NCBI GenBank assembly: GCA_036500345.1
Contig: DASYCE010000012.1
Coordinates: forward strand, 43,110 to 107,109
From: Gemmatimonadales bacterium
GTDB taxonomy: Bacteria > Gemmatimonadota > Gemmatimonadetes > Gemmatimonadales > GWC2-71-9
DNA: 64,000 nt
Reading direction: 5' to 3'
Position numbers and translations under genes: made by a program
Notes under the pieces: model-generated
The model's input: only the letters and a program-made list of their open reading frames with translations
What the model was told of the DNA's origin: nothing
Databases searched by the model: none
In this document: in pieces, positions 39,999-49,085 of the stretch
How positions within the stretch are numbered: position 1 is the stretch's first letter
How the letters are laid out: each line of letters opens with the position of its first letter

Positions 39999-40832
39999 AT
40001 GAAGCACGGGACGCCGCCACTAGATTTCGGCGTGCACATTGCCGCCCTGTCCATCTATCCGATCAAGGGATGTCGCGGGATTCCGCTCGCCGAATTCGAG
40101 GTCGATCGGCTCGGACCCGCGGGCGATCGTCGGTTGATGCTCGTGAACGAGCGCAACGAGTTCCTCAGCCAGCGAGAGATTCCGGCGCTCGCGACGCTCG
40201 TTCCCGCGATCGACGGCGGCCGCCTTCGAGTGACGGCGTGCGACAATTCCTCGATTGCGATTGACGTCGACCTCGATGCGCCGATCCGTTCGGTCACCGT
40301 CTGGGCGAAGGAAGGACTCCTCGCCGCGGATCAGGGCGACCGCGCGGCGGCGTGGTTTGCGCAGGCACTTGGATTCCCCTGTCGCCTCGTCGCCTTCGGC
40401 CCGGCGACGGTCAATCGGATCGATCCGGACTTCACCACGGGCCCCGATGCGGAGACTTCGTTCACCGACGGCTATCCGATCATGGCGACGGTGCAGGAAT
40501 CGCTCGACGACCTGAATCGCCGTCTCGTTTCACCGGTGCCGATGGAGCGATTCCGGCCGTGCGTCGTGGTGGCGGGAACTCCGGCGTGGAGCGAAGACGC
40601 CTGGGAGACGATCTCGCTGGGCACCGTTGCCTGCGACGTGGTGAAGCCATGCGCACGCTGCGTGGTCACGACGACCGACCAGAGGACCGGCGCGCAACAT
40701 CCCACGCAGGAACCGCTGCGCACCCTTGCCACCTTCCGGACGATTCGCGGCCTGGGGGCGATCTTCGGGCAGAACATCATTCCGCGGCACACCGGCATCA
40801 TGCGCGTCGGTGACCCGGTGCGACTGCTGTGA
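39999..40832 (+). CDS. MOSC domain-containing protein (N-terminal beta-barrel plus MOSC)
   Basis: LSIYPIKGCRG, DRRLMLV, FTDGYPI, RFRPCVVV and the conserved Cys in KPCARCVVTT. Confidence 0.85.
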   Translation: MKHGTPPLDFGVHIAALSIYPIKGCRGIPLAEFEVDRLGPAGDRRLMLVNERNEFLSQREIPALATLVPAIDGGRLRVTACDNSSIAIDVDLDAPIRSVTVWAKEGLLAADQGDRAAAWFAQALGFPCRLVAFGPATVNRIDPDFTTGPDAETSFTDGYPIMATVQESLDDLNRRLVSPVPMERFRPCVVVAGTPAWSEDAWETISLGTVACDVVKPCARCVVTTTDQRTGAQHPTQEPLRTLATFRTIRGLGAIFGQNIIPRHTGIMRVGDPVRLL

Positions 40833-42007
40833 CCGAGCGTCTCTACTACCACGACGCCCGGCTGCTCGAGTTCACCGCTCGCGTGATCGAACACGCCGGC
40901 GATGCGCTGCATGTCGTGCTCGACCGGACCGCGTTCTACCCGACGTCCGGTGGCCAGCCCCACGATATCGGCATGCTCGGCGCCGCGCGGGTCGTCGATG
41001 TCACCGACGACGGCGACCGGGTGATTCACGTGACCGACGTCGAGGTCCCCCTCGGCGAGATCGCAGGCCGGATCGACGCGGAGCGGCGCATTGATCACAT
41101 GCAGCAGCACACCGCGCAGCATCTCCTCTCTGCGATCGCTGCCGACCGCTTCGGCTGGGAGACGATGTCGGTCCATTTCGGCGCCGATCATTCGACGATC
41201 GAGTTCGGTTCTGCGAATCCCGGCGTCGATCAGCTGCGGACGCTCGAGCGTGCGGCCAACGAAGCAGTGGCCCGGGCGCTGCCGGTGACAGTCACCCTGG
41301 AGGACGCGGCCGCAGCGGCGGCGGCCGGATTGCGCAAGCCGTCGGATCGCACCGGAGCGGTTCGCGTGATCTCGATCGAGCAACTCGATCGCAGCGCCTG
41401 CGGTGGGACGCACGTCGGATCGACCAGCGAGATCGGCGCGATCCTCCTCCTCGACGTCGAGCGGATCCGAGGTCACGCCCGGGTGGGGTTCGTCGCGGGA
41501 GAACGAGTGCTTGCCCATGCGCGCCGCGCCTCGTTGCACCTCGCGCGGCTTGCCGCCGACCTCGGATCATCGGTTGCGGAGGCCCCGGAGATCCTGCCAG
41601 CGAAGTTGGCCGAACTCCGTGCGCTGCGCGATCGGGTCGCGACCCTCGAACGCGAGCTCGCATCGGCGCGTCTTGCGGCACTTCACGCCGCGGCCGACAT
41701 CGATTCCTCCGGCATTCGCACCATTCTGGTCGAAGGTACGGATGAGCCCGCGTCGATGATCCGCGCGATGGCGCAGGGCGTCGCTGCCCTCGACCAGACA
41801 CGCTTCGTCGCCACACTCGCGACACCGCCAACGATCTTTTTCGCAACCAGCGCCGACACCGGCCTCGACGCCGGCGCCCTCCTCAAGCGCGCGCTCGGTC
41901 CCGTGGGCGGGCGCGGCGGCGGTTCGCCCCGCCTGGCGCAAGGAACGGCACCATCGGCCGACACTCTCGATCAGGTACGACGCGACCTCGTGGGAGAGAC
42001 TGGATGA
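40829..42007 (+). CDS. Alanyl-tRNA editing protein AlaX-L type (editing domain plus DHHA1-like)
   Basis: HTAQHLLSA and CGGTHV zinc/editing motifs. C-terminal GGRGGGSPRLAQG. Confidence 0.85.
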   Translation: MTERLYYHDARLLEFTARVIEHAGDALHVVLDRTAFYPTSGGQPHDIGMLGAARVVDVTDDGDRVIHVTDVEVPLGEIAGRIDAERRIDHMQQHTAQHLLSAIAADRFGWETMSVHFGADHSTIEFGSANPGVDQLRTLERAANEAVARALPVTVTLEDAAAAAAAGLRKPSDRTGAVRVISIEQLDRSACGGTHVGSTSEIGAILLLDVERIRGHARVGFVAGERVLAHARRASLHLARLAADLGSSVAEAPEILPAKLAELRALRDRVATLERELASARLAALHAAADIDSSGIRTILVEGTDEPASMIRAMAQGVAALDQTRFVATLATPPTIFFATSADTGLDAGALLKRALGPVGGRGGGSPRLAQGTAPSADTLDQVRRDLVGETG

Positions 42008-42708
42008 TCGCTGCATTGCTCATGGCACTGGCGCTGCGGGCGGCGCCGGACACTGGCAAGCACGTGTTCTTTACCGGAGATGCCGGGCTCGTCAACACCG
42101 GCGGCAACACCGACGTGACCAGCATGAGCATCGGGAACAAGCTGATTGTGCTGACCGGCGGATGGCACTTCACGCAGACCTTCGCTGTCACGTACGTCCG
42201 AACCGATGACTCAGTGACATCGGAATTCTGGCACGCATCGTTGCGAACTGACCGCGATCTGTCGAAGCGAGTCGCCCTCTTTTTCCTGACGGAATACGAC
42301 CGAAACATCTTCGCCGGAGTCCGTGCCAGGATCACGCCGGCGCTCGGCGTCGCGGCGCTGGCGATCGCAACGAAGCGCGATTCGCTCAAGCTCGAAGTCG
42401 GTGGTGCATACACAGTGCAGGACGCGGCACCACCCGATACCAACCGGTACTATCCGGCGGCGCGGGGCGCCGTGGCCTACCGTCACTATCTCAGCGCCAA
42501 GGCGATCTTCGACCAACTGGTGGAAGTGGTGCCATCGCTCACGTCCGGCGACAACGTTCGCATCAATACCGAGACGGACATCACCGCACCGATCTCGCGC
42601 GGCATCGCGCTCAAGGCGTCATTCGTGGTCCACCACGACGGCCTCCCGGAACCGGGGCACAAGTCGACCGACCGGATCCTGAGCACCGGGGTGCAGCTCA
42701 CATTTTGA
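42004..42708 (+). CDS. DUF481 (YdiY-like) outer-membrane beta-barrel protein, copy 1
   Basis: GDAGLVNTGGNTDV start of barrel. C-terminal LKASFVVHHDGLPEPGHKSTDRILSTGVQLTF ends with an aromatic residue. Confidence 0.8.
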   Translation: MIAALLMALALRAAPDTGKHVFFTGDAGLVNTGGNTDVTSMSIGNKLIVLTGGWHFTQTFAVTYVRTDDSVTSEFWHASLRTDRDLSKRVALFFLTEYDRNIFAGVRARITPALGVAALAIATKRDSLKLEVGGAYTVQDAAPPDTNRYYPAARGAVAYRHYLSAKAIFDQLVEVVPSLTSGDNVRINTETDITAPISRGIALKASFVVHHDGLPEPGHKSTDRILSTGVQLTF

Positions 42709-42724
42709 TGCGTTACCTTGAACC

Positions 42725-43468
42725 ATGGTCCTGATCCACCTGCTTGCCCTGGTCGCATTCACGGGGGATACCAATCACCCGGCGAACGCGAACGCGAACC
42801 CGGTACCCAGAGCGCCGGCGATGAAATTCGCGGGTGACGCAGGTTTCGTGAGCACGGGTGGCAACACGTCGGTGCAGACCCTCAATCTCGGCGACAAGAT
42901 CAGCGCACGCTTCGATCGGGTCACGCTGACCGAGCAGTTCGGCATGGTCAACGGGCGGAGCAAGGGGGAGACCATCGCTTCGAGCTGGGCGGGAACGCTC
43001 CGCACCGACGTTGCCATCGATCGCGACATCGGATTGTACGCGTCGGTCACCTACGAGCGGAACACCTTCGCCGGTCTGGCGTCGCGTGTCGGCACCGTGA
43101 CCGGCGTCTCGGCGCAGGTGATCAAGACCAAGACCGACAAGCTCGTGATCGAAGGGGGCGTCTCGCTCACCACCCAGGACGGGACGGCGGCCGGTACGGT
43201 CGATCCCGACTTTCTTGGCGGCAGGGCGGCCACAGCGTTCAGTCACCAGATCGGTCCGCGCGCATCACTTTCGGAATCGATCGAGGTATTGCCCAATTTT
43301 CGCGAAGGTTCCGACCTGCGGGTGAACACCGAAACCGACCTGCTCGCGCCGTTCACGCACAACGCCGCAATCAAGCTCTCCTACGTCATTCATTACGATG
43401 GCATTCCGGAGCCGGGGTACCTCAGTACCGACCGCCTCTTCACCTCGGGCATTCAAGTCACGCTGTGA
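42725..43468 (+). CDS. DUF481 (YdiY-like) outer-membrane beta-barrel protein, copy 2 (tandem paralog)
   Basis: GDAGFVSTGGNTSV...IKLSYVIHYDGIPEPGYLSTDRLFTSGIQVTL. Parallel to copy 1 throughout. Confidence 0.8.
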   Translation: MVLIHLLALVAFTGDTNHPANANANPVPRAPAMKFAGDAGFVSTGGNTSVQTLNLGDKISARFDRVTLTEQFGMVNGRSKGETIASSWAGTLRTDVAIDRDIGLYASVTYERNTFAGLASRVGTVTGVSAQVIKTKTDKLVIEGGVSLTTQDGTAAGTVDPDFLGGRAATAFSHQIGPRASLSESIEVLPNFREGSDLRVNTETDLLAPFTHNAAIKLSYVIHYDGIPEPGYLSTDRLFTSGIQVTL

Positions 43469-43764
43469 TTCGTTACGAAGTGATGCTCGAGTGTTCCGTG
43501 GATACCGCGCCGGCACTCGAACGGTGGATGCGCAACACCCACATCCCCGATATCCTCGCGACCGGATGCTTCACGGCGATTCATTTCGATCAATCCGAAG
43601 GTCGTTTCCGGACCGTCTACCAGGCCGCCGCGCAGCCGGATCTCGACCGGTATCTCGATCAGCACGCGACCCGGATGCGCGAATCGTTCCACCGTCAATT
43701 TCCGGACGGCGTGGCGATATCGCGCGACATCTGGGAACAGTTGCAGCGCTGGCCTTCGATGTGA
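43465..43764 (+). CDS. DUF4286 family protein
   Basis: MIRYEVMLECSVDTAPALERWMRNTHIPDILATGCF fits the DUF4286 pattern as recalled. GTGA overlaps on both sides. Confidence 0.65.
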   Translation: MIRYEVMLECSVDTAPALERWMRNTHIPDILATGCFTAIHFDQSEGRFRTVYQAAAQPDLDRYLDQHATRMRESFHRQFPDGVAISRDIWEQLQRWPSM

Positions 43765-44888
43765 CCGACCGGCAGCTGCTGATCCGGGAGCCGGCGCCGC
43801 CGCCGCATCTCCCTGACGCAGCGCGCCTTTCCGATCTCGCCTGGCACTTCCACCGCGGATTCCGCGGATACGCACCGACTCCTCTCCGATCGCTCGATCA
43901 TCTCGCAGCCAACCTCGGTCTCGGCCAGCTCCTGCTCAAGGACGAATCATTCCGCTTCGGACTCAATGCTTTCAAGGGGCTGGGTGCGTCCTTCGCGATG
44001 TATCACTGGATGGCCACCCGCGACCTCCCCGACGAAGTGGTCTTCACCACCGCCACCGATGGCAACCACGGACGGGCGGTGGCATGGATGGCGCGGCAAC
44101 TGGGAAAGCGCGCCGTGATTTTCATGCCGTCGATTGCGGAACGCGCCCGCATCGACGCGATCCTGAACGAAGGCGCCAAGGTCGTCCTCGTCGATGAGGG
44201 GTACGATGCCGCGGTGCAACGGGCTATGGATGCCGGCACTCGTCACGGCTGGATCGTGATCCAGGATACCGCCACCGAGGGGTATCGCGACGTACCGCGA
44301 TGGATCGCCGCGGGATACTGGACCAGTCCGCGCGAGCTCGAGACGACGTTGCACCCCCCCGATCGCCCCGCCGTCGACGTCGTCCTGCTGCACGCTGGCG
44401 TCGGGACGTGGCCCGCCGCGGTCGTCGAGTACTACTGGCACCGCTATGGCGAACGACGTCCCCGGATCGTGGTGGTCGAGCCGACCGATGCCGCGTGTGT
44501 TCTCGAGTCGGTCGCCGCCGGGCGGCCGGTGCACGCCAGCGGCGGGATGCGAACCATCATGGCCGGACTCAACTGCGGCTACCCCTCGCTGAGCGCCTTC
44601 GACGTACTGCGACGCGGTGTCGACGCCCTGATCGCGATTCCGGATGCCGGCGCCATCGAAGCGATGCGCCTTCTCGCCGACGGCGATCCGGCGGTGATTG
44701 CCGGTGAGTCCGGGGCGGCCAGTGTTGCAGGATTAATCGCACTCATGCGCGACGATGACTATCGCGCGGTCCGGGACCACGTGGGCCTCGGCGCGGCATC
44801 GCGGGTCCTGGTCTGGTCGACCGAAGGGGCGACCGATCCCGCCGGATGGGAGCGGGTTGTGGGGCGGCCGGTTCCGGCGCTATCCTGA
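43761..44888 (+). CDS. dpaL: Diaminopropionate ammonia-lyase (PLP-dependent)
   Basis: YAPTPLRSLDHLAANLGLGQLLLKDESFRFGLNAFKGLG, TATDGNHGRAVAWMARQLG and IQDTATEGYRDVPRWI closely parallel E. coli YgeX as I recall it. GTG 43761 start. Confidence 0.88.
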   Translation: MTDRQLLIREPAPPPHLPDAARLSDLAWHFHRGFRGYAPTPLRSLDHLAANLGLGQLLLKDESFRFGLNAFKGLGASFAMYHWMATRDLPDEVVFTTATDGNHGRAVAWMARQLGKRAVIFMPSIAERARIDAILNEGAKVVLVDEGYDAAVQRAMDAGTRHGWIVIQDTATEGYRDVPRWIAAGYWTSPRELETTLHPPDRPAVDVVLLHAGVGTWPAAVVEYYWHRYGERRPRIVVVEPTDAACVLESVAAGRPVHASGGMRTIMAGLNCGYPSLSAFDVLRRGVDALIAIPDAGAIEAMRLLADGDPAVIAGESGAASVAGLIALMRDDDYRAVRDHVGLGAASRVLVWSTEGATDPAGWERVVGRPVPALS

Positions 44889-44975
44889 CCAGCAGATCGC
44901 GGTGCGGTGCAACCGCCGCGGCAGCCCTCGCGATCGGATCATGCCTTCGACATCGCTGTGAAATTGGAGAAGATC

Positions 44976-45506
44976 ATGCCCGACGATCTGCGGTACCCGG
45001 TCGGTCGATTCGCTCCACCTGCTGACTGGGACACCGCGGCGCAATCACGCTGTCGCGACGTGATCGCCGACTTGCCGAAAAACCTGCGCACGGCAATCGA
45101 CGGACTCGACGACCGGCGGCTCGACACGCCGTATCGCGACAGCGGATGGACGGTGCGCCAGGTCGTCCATCACGTCGCGGATTCACATCTCAATGCCTAC
45201 TGCCGGTTTCGTCTTGCGCTCACCGAAGACGGACCGACGATCAAGCCCTATGCCGAAGCACGCTGGGCCGAACTGCACGACGCGCGATCATTCCCCGTGG
45301 CACCGTCGCTGGCGATCCTCGACGGCGTGCACGCCCGCTGGATCGGGCTGATCGACGCCATGCCGCAGGCCGACTGGCAGCGGACCTTTGTTCACCCGGA
45401 ACAGGGAAAGACCTTCACGCTGGCGAGTGCGGCGGCGCTGTACACCTGGCACAGTCTCCATCACGTTGCCCACATCACCGCCCTTCGCACCCGCAACCGT
45501 TGGTAA
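44976..45506 (+). CDS. yfiT: DinB/YfiT-family metal-dependent bacillithiol transferase-like protein
   Basis: YPVGRF, LDTPYRDSGWTVRQVVHHVADSHLNAYCRF, YTWHSLHHVAHI. Near-identical blocks to B. subtilis YfiT. Confidence 0.88.
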   Translation: MPDDLRYPVGRFAPPADWDTAAQSRCRDVIADLPKNLRTAIDGLDDRRLDTPYRDSGWTVRQVVHHVADSHLNAYCRFRLALTEDGPTIKPYAEARWAELHDARSFPVAPSLAILDGVHARWIGLIDAMPQADWQRTFVHPEQGKTFTLASAAALYTWHSLHHVAHITALRTRNRW

Positions 45507-45625
45507 CCGCGGCAACTTCAATCCTTTCGCGCCGGCGGTCCGGCGTCGCCCACGCGTCGTGTCGCACGATCGAGCCATTCCGGCTCGCGGCGACCGACCA
45601 CACCATCATGACCTGGAGCAGTTGA

Positions 45626-45991
45626 ATGGAACGGCAGACCGTGGTTGCAATTGGCGGCGTCGTACTTTTCGCTGACCACGCCGACACCCTCGCCCAATGG
45701 TACGAAAAGCACCTGGGCATCTTCTTTACTCGCGAGCCGGGGAGTCATGAATGGTGGTGCGATCTCGCGGGCGTGACCTTCTCGATTCACCAGAGCAAGC
45801 ATCCGGCCGGTCACGACGGCCGGCCGGTTGAAATTCTCTGGCGGGTCCCCGATCTCGACGATTTCATCGAGCACCTGGGCGACTTGGGCATCAACGTCGA
45901 TGAACGCCAGGCCTCACCCGACGGCGACCACGCCTGGTTCAACGACATTGAAGGGAATCGCGTGCAGCTCTGGCAGCAGTCGGAGGCGTAG
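45626..45991 (+). CDS. VOC/glyoxalase-bleomycin resistance family protein
   Basis: The size, the single beta-alpha-beta-beta-beta module pair, and the ending FNDIEGNRVQLWQ are typical of VOC proteins. Confidence 0.7.
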   Translation: MERQTVVAIGGVVLFADHADTLAQWYEKHLGIFFTREPGSHEWWCDLAGVTFSIHQSKHPAGHDGRPVEILWRVPDLDDFIEHLGDLGINVDERQASPDGDHAWFNDIEGNRVQLWQQSEA

Positions 45992-45995
45992 CGCG

Positions 45996-46532
45996 CTACG
46001 GCCGCCCCATTCGGTTTCGATCGGGAAACTCGCTTCGCAGCTGCCCGATCGCGTCGAACATCACGTCGATCCCTGGTTCCGCGAAGGCGCTCACGCCGAC
46101 GATCGTGAGCGCCGGCGGTTGCGACCGATCGACCGTGGCAAGCAGCGCCGAGCGAACCGAATCGACCTTTTCCGGCGTGATGTCGCGGATATAGGCGGTC
46201 ACCCGGACCACATCTCCCGGTACGCCGTGCGCGGCCCGCATGACTTCGCCGAGATTCTGGAGCGCCTGCCTCGTCTGGGCCCCGAAATCACCGGCGCCGA
46301 CGAGGCGACCGGTGGAATCGACCGGCACCATTCCGGAGAGGTAGACGGTGTACCCCACTTTTACGGCTTGCGGCAGGCCGTCGAGGACGGGAACGTCAGG
46401 GGCGACAATCTGCTCCGGTGCGCTGGGCGCGCCGAATCCAACGGTCGCACCGGCTGCGCCGCCGTTGCGTCCGCCGCGCTGCGCCGAAACGGCAGCCGGA
46501 ATGAAGAGCGCGAGCACGAGGGCGTACCGCAT
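45996..46532 (-). CDS. RidA/YjgF family protein with N-terminal signal peptide
   Basis: Signal MRYALVLALFIPAAVSAQ followed by a Gly/Ala-rich linker. RidA core YTVYLSGMVPVD...TRQALQNLGEVM...VVRVTAYI. Confidence 0.8.
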   Translation of the reverse strand: MRYALVLALFIPAAVSAQRGGRNGGAAGATVGFGAPSAPEQIVAPDVPVLDGLPQAVKVGYTVYLSGMVPVDSTGRLVGAGDFGAQTRQALQNLGEVMRAAHGVPGDVVRVTAYIRDITPEKVDSVRSALLATVDRSQPPALTIVGVSAFAEPGIDVMFDAIGQLRSEFPDRNRMGRP

Positions 46533-46796
46533 CGAAGACTCCCATCAAACGAAGGATTTCCCGGCATCGCGACCGCGCGGCCAGTCCGTTAGGAATGTAC
46601 GTTGCAGGAGAGAGATGGGTTGGCCGGACTTCGGGACCGGCTGGCAGGGCTAAATGACGATGCTGCAAGGAGTTCGGTGGCATGGGCCCGTGGAGGCATC
46701 CTTCAGGTGCTGGATGGCCGATTGCGGGATGGCTGTGCATCGTTAGTGGCAGCGGCTCGTCCAATTGACGTAGTCGACCCCCAAGGAGAGGGTAAC

Positions 46797-47702
46797 ATGC
46801 AGAAGATTTTGCTGGCTCTGGTTGCGGCCGGGGCACTCGCAGGGTGCGTAAGCAAGAAGCGTTACGACGACCTGGTGACTGCACAGCAAGCGGTTAGCGC
46901 GCAGAAGGACACCTTGATGAATGACGTGCTGGCCACCACGCAGATGATGGCGGATATCAATTCCGATCTCGCCTCGGTGAAGGGACTGGGCGTGAGCCCG
47001 GCGGCCAACACCGATCGCCCCGCAACGGGGAAGGCCGAGGATCGCGCTGTCATGCTTGGGAAGATCCGCGAGGTGATTTCGCGGCTCGATGCTGCTGAAA
47101 CCCAGGTTAACGCAAGCAAGAAGCGGATCAACGCGATGTCGTCGTCTTTCGCCTCCGAAAAGCGGAAGCTCAGCGACCAGCTCGATTCGTTCCAGAAGAC
47201 GATTGACGATATGAAGGCGGCGGCCGAGCAGCAGGAAGCGATGATCACGCAACAGAAGCAGCAGATCGTCGCCCTGTCGGGTCGCGTGGACACGCTGACA
47301 CAGCAGTCGGCGGAACTCACCACCGAGAAGGCCGCGGTGCGCGACACGCTCACGCAGACGGTCGATCAGGACAACACGGTGTATTACGCCGTCGGTACGC
47401 GTGACGAACTGGTGAAGCGTGGCATCCTGGTGGACGAGGGGAGCAAGTTCCTCTTCTTCGGGGGCAAGACGCTCGAGCCGGCACGTGATCTCAAGCCCGA
47501 GCTCTTCCAGCGCCTCGACCGTCGTCGCGACACCGTTCTGACGGTTCCGGAGCCGAACAAGGAGTACAAGGTCGTCACTCGTCAGAGCCCGACCTACCTC
47601 GGCACTTCGCTCCTCAAGGATGGCAAGGTGAAGGGCGACCTGCATGTGTCATCCCCGTCGTTCTGGGATGCAGGGAAGTATCTGATTCTCGTCCGCGACT
47701 GA
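46797..47702 (+). CDS. Coiled-coil lipoprotein, function unknown
   Basis: An AGGAGAGG RBS precedes the ATG. Lipobox ALAGC. A long Q/K/E/A-rich heptad-like region is followed by a globular C-terminal domain. Confidence 0.7.
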   Translation: MQKILLALVAAGALAGCVSKKRYDDLVTAQQAVSAQKDTLMNDVLATTQMMADINSDLASVKGLGVSPAANTDRPATGKAEDRAVMLGKIREVISRLDAAETQVNASKKRINAMSSSFASEKRKLSDQLDSFQKTIDDMKAAAEQQEAMITQQKQQIVALSGRVDTLTQQSAELTTEKAAVRDTLTQTVDQDNTVYYAVGTRDELVKRGILVDEGSKFLFFGGKTLEPARDLKPELFQRLDRRRDTVLTVPEPNKEYKVVTRQSPTYLGTSLLKDGKVKGDLHVSSPSFWDAGKYLILVRD

Positions 47703-47732
47703 TCAGCACAGTTTCTGACGGATGCAACCGGG

Positions 47733-47763
47733 GGAAGCAGCGATGCTTCCCTTGGTTCATTTA
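47733..47763 (+). terminator. Rho-independent terminator
   Basis: GGGAAGCA (47733-47740), GCGA loop, TGCTTCCC (47745-47752), followed by TTGGTTCATTT. Confidence 0.7.
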
Positions 47764-47807
47764 AGGAGTCATCCTACCTTCTATTGTCCCTGCCTCCGGA
47801 GTCCACG

Positions 47808-48272
47808 ATGCACCGCGTATCCACCGCAACTCGCCGAGTCGTTGCAGTCCTGCTGGTCATTGCGGCCACCACACTTGCCGCGTGGCGCGCAACGCCGACG
47901 GCGCTTCCGGCGATGCGGGTGCTGAAGAATCCCGGGTGCGCCTGCTGTGCCAAATGGATCACCTACATGAAGCAGGAGGGGTTCACGGTGTCGGTGGAGG
48001 ACAAGGCGGATTTCACCGATCTCAAGCGTGCCAACGGGGTCACCCGCGAGCTGGAGTCGTGTCACACCGCGTTCGTCGGCGGGTATGTGATCGAAGGGCA
48101 CGTGCCTGCCGACCTGGTGAAGAAGCTCCTGGCGGAGAAGCCCGCCGGCGTCAAGGGGCTTTCAGCGCCCGGAATGCCGGCCAGCGCACCCGGCATGGAC
48201 ATGCCCGGCCAGCACTACACGATTTATTCGTTCGACGCCGCCGGTCACGCCAAGGTGTACGCTCAGCGCTGA
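47808..48272 (+). CDS. DUF411 (CopG-like) periplasmic metal-binding protein
   Basis: Signal peptide, then NPGCACCAKW, SCHTAFVGGYVIEGHVP and GLSAPGMPASAPGM. Confidence 0.85.
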   Translation: MHRVSTATRRVVAVLLVIAATTLAAWRATPTALPAMRVLKNPGCACCAKWITYMKQEGFTVSVEDKADFTDLKRANGVTRELESCHTAFVGGYVIEGHVPADLVKKLLAEKPAGVKGLSAPGMPASAPGMDMPGQHYTIYSFDAAGHAKVYAQR

Positions 48273-48287
48273 GGAACGCCGCAGCCG

Positions 48288-49082
48288 TCACGATGCTGGC
48301 GGCTGCTCCAGTTCCTGCCGGAGCCGTTCCCGCGCGGCCTCGATCCTGGCGCGCACTCGCCGCTTCAGTTCCGGAAGCTCGACGCCGGCTGTCGGTTCCG
48401 GTTCCAGGACCTCGACCACCGCAATCGCCGGATTGATCTGCACCGCCCGCCGTGCAATGGCGTTCCGCGTCCCGTAGGTCGCCAGCGGGAGAATCGGCAC
48501 CCCTGATTCGATCGCGAGACGAAACGCGCCATCCTTGAATGGCAGCATCTCCCTCGTCGGTGCACGAGTCCCCTCGGGAAACATCATCACCGACACGCGG
48601 CCGGCGAGGCGCTCGGCGCACGCCGCCATCGCCAGCTTGGCGCTGGCGGCGCGACCGCGATGGACCACCACATCGCGCACCGCCCACATCAGCCACCCCA
48701 GGACCGGGATCCAGAGAAATTCGATCTTCGCAAGCCATTTCATCTCCCACGGGAGATGACAGAGGAGGAGCATGTCGGCGAAGGATTCGTGATTCGCGAC
48801 GACGACATAGGGATTCCTCGGATTGCTCGGCAGCGTACCGCGGACCGAAAAGCGCCACCGCGGCGTCAGCTTCACCGTGGCCACGCCAACCAGCCGGAAG
48901 AGTCTGCCACCGACGTAGTTGACACGGTCGAACGGCCACGCCAGCAGCCGCAACAGGACGATCGGCACGAGAACGAGGATCAGCATCAGTGCCAGCACCG
49001 ACCACGTCCACGTGGTGGCGACGGCGTTGCGAATCGAGGAAAGGGGTGACGGCATCACCGGGGAAGGTAAGCCGCGGCGCAA
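48288..49082 (-). CDS. plsC: 1-acyl-sn-glycerol-3-phosphate acyltransferase family (PlsC-like)
   Basis: VVANHESFADM (HX4D motif) and MFPEGTR. N-terminal TM helix. Confidence 0.85.
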   Translation of the reverse strand: MRRGLPSPVMPSPLSSIRNAVATTWTWSVLALMLILVLVPIVLLRLLAWPFDRVNYVGGRLFRLVGVATVKLTPRWRFSVRGTLPSNPRNPYVVVANHESFADMLLLCHLPWEMKWLAKIEFLWIPVLGWLMWAVRDVVVHRGRAASAKLAMAACAERLAGRVSVMMFPEGTRAPTREMLPFKDGAFRLAIESGVPILPLATYGTRNAIARRAVQINPAIAVVEVLEPEPTAGVELPELKRRVRARIEAARERLRQELEQPPAS

Positions 49083-49085
49083 CTG

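Noticed and set aside
46533-46796. 264-bp divergent intergenic region screened for a riboswitch or sRNA
   Set aside because: Only a short GCCGG/CCGGC hairpin was found. I found no terminator and no motif I can match, so nothing is reported beyond the RBS of the downstream lipoprotein gene.
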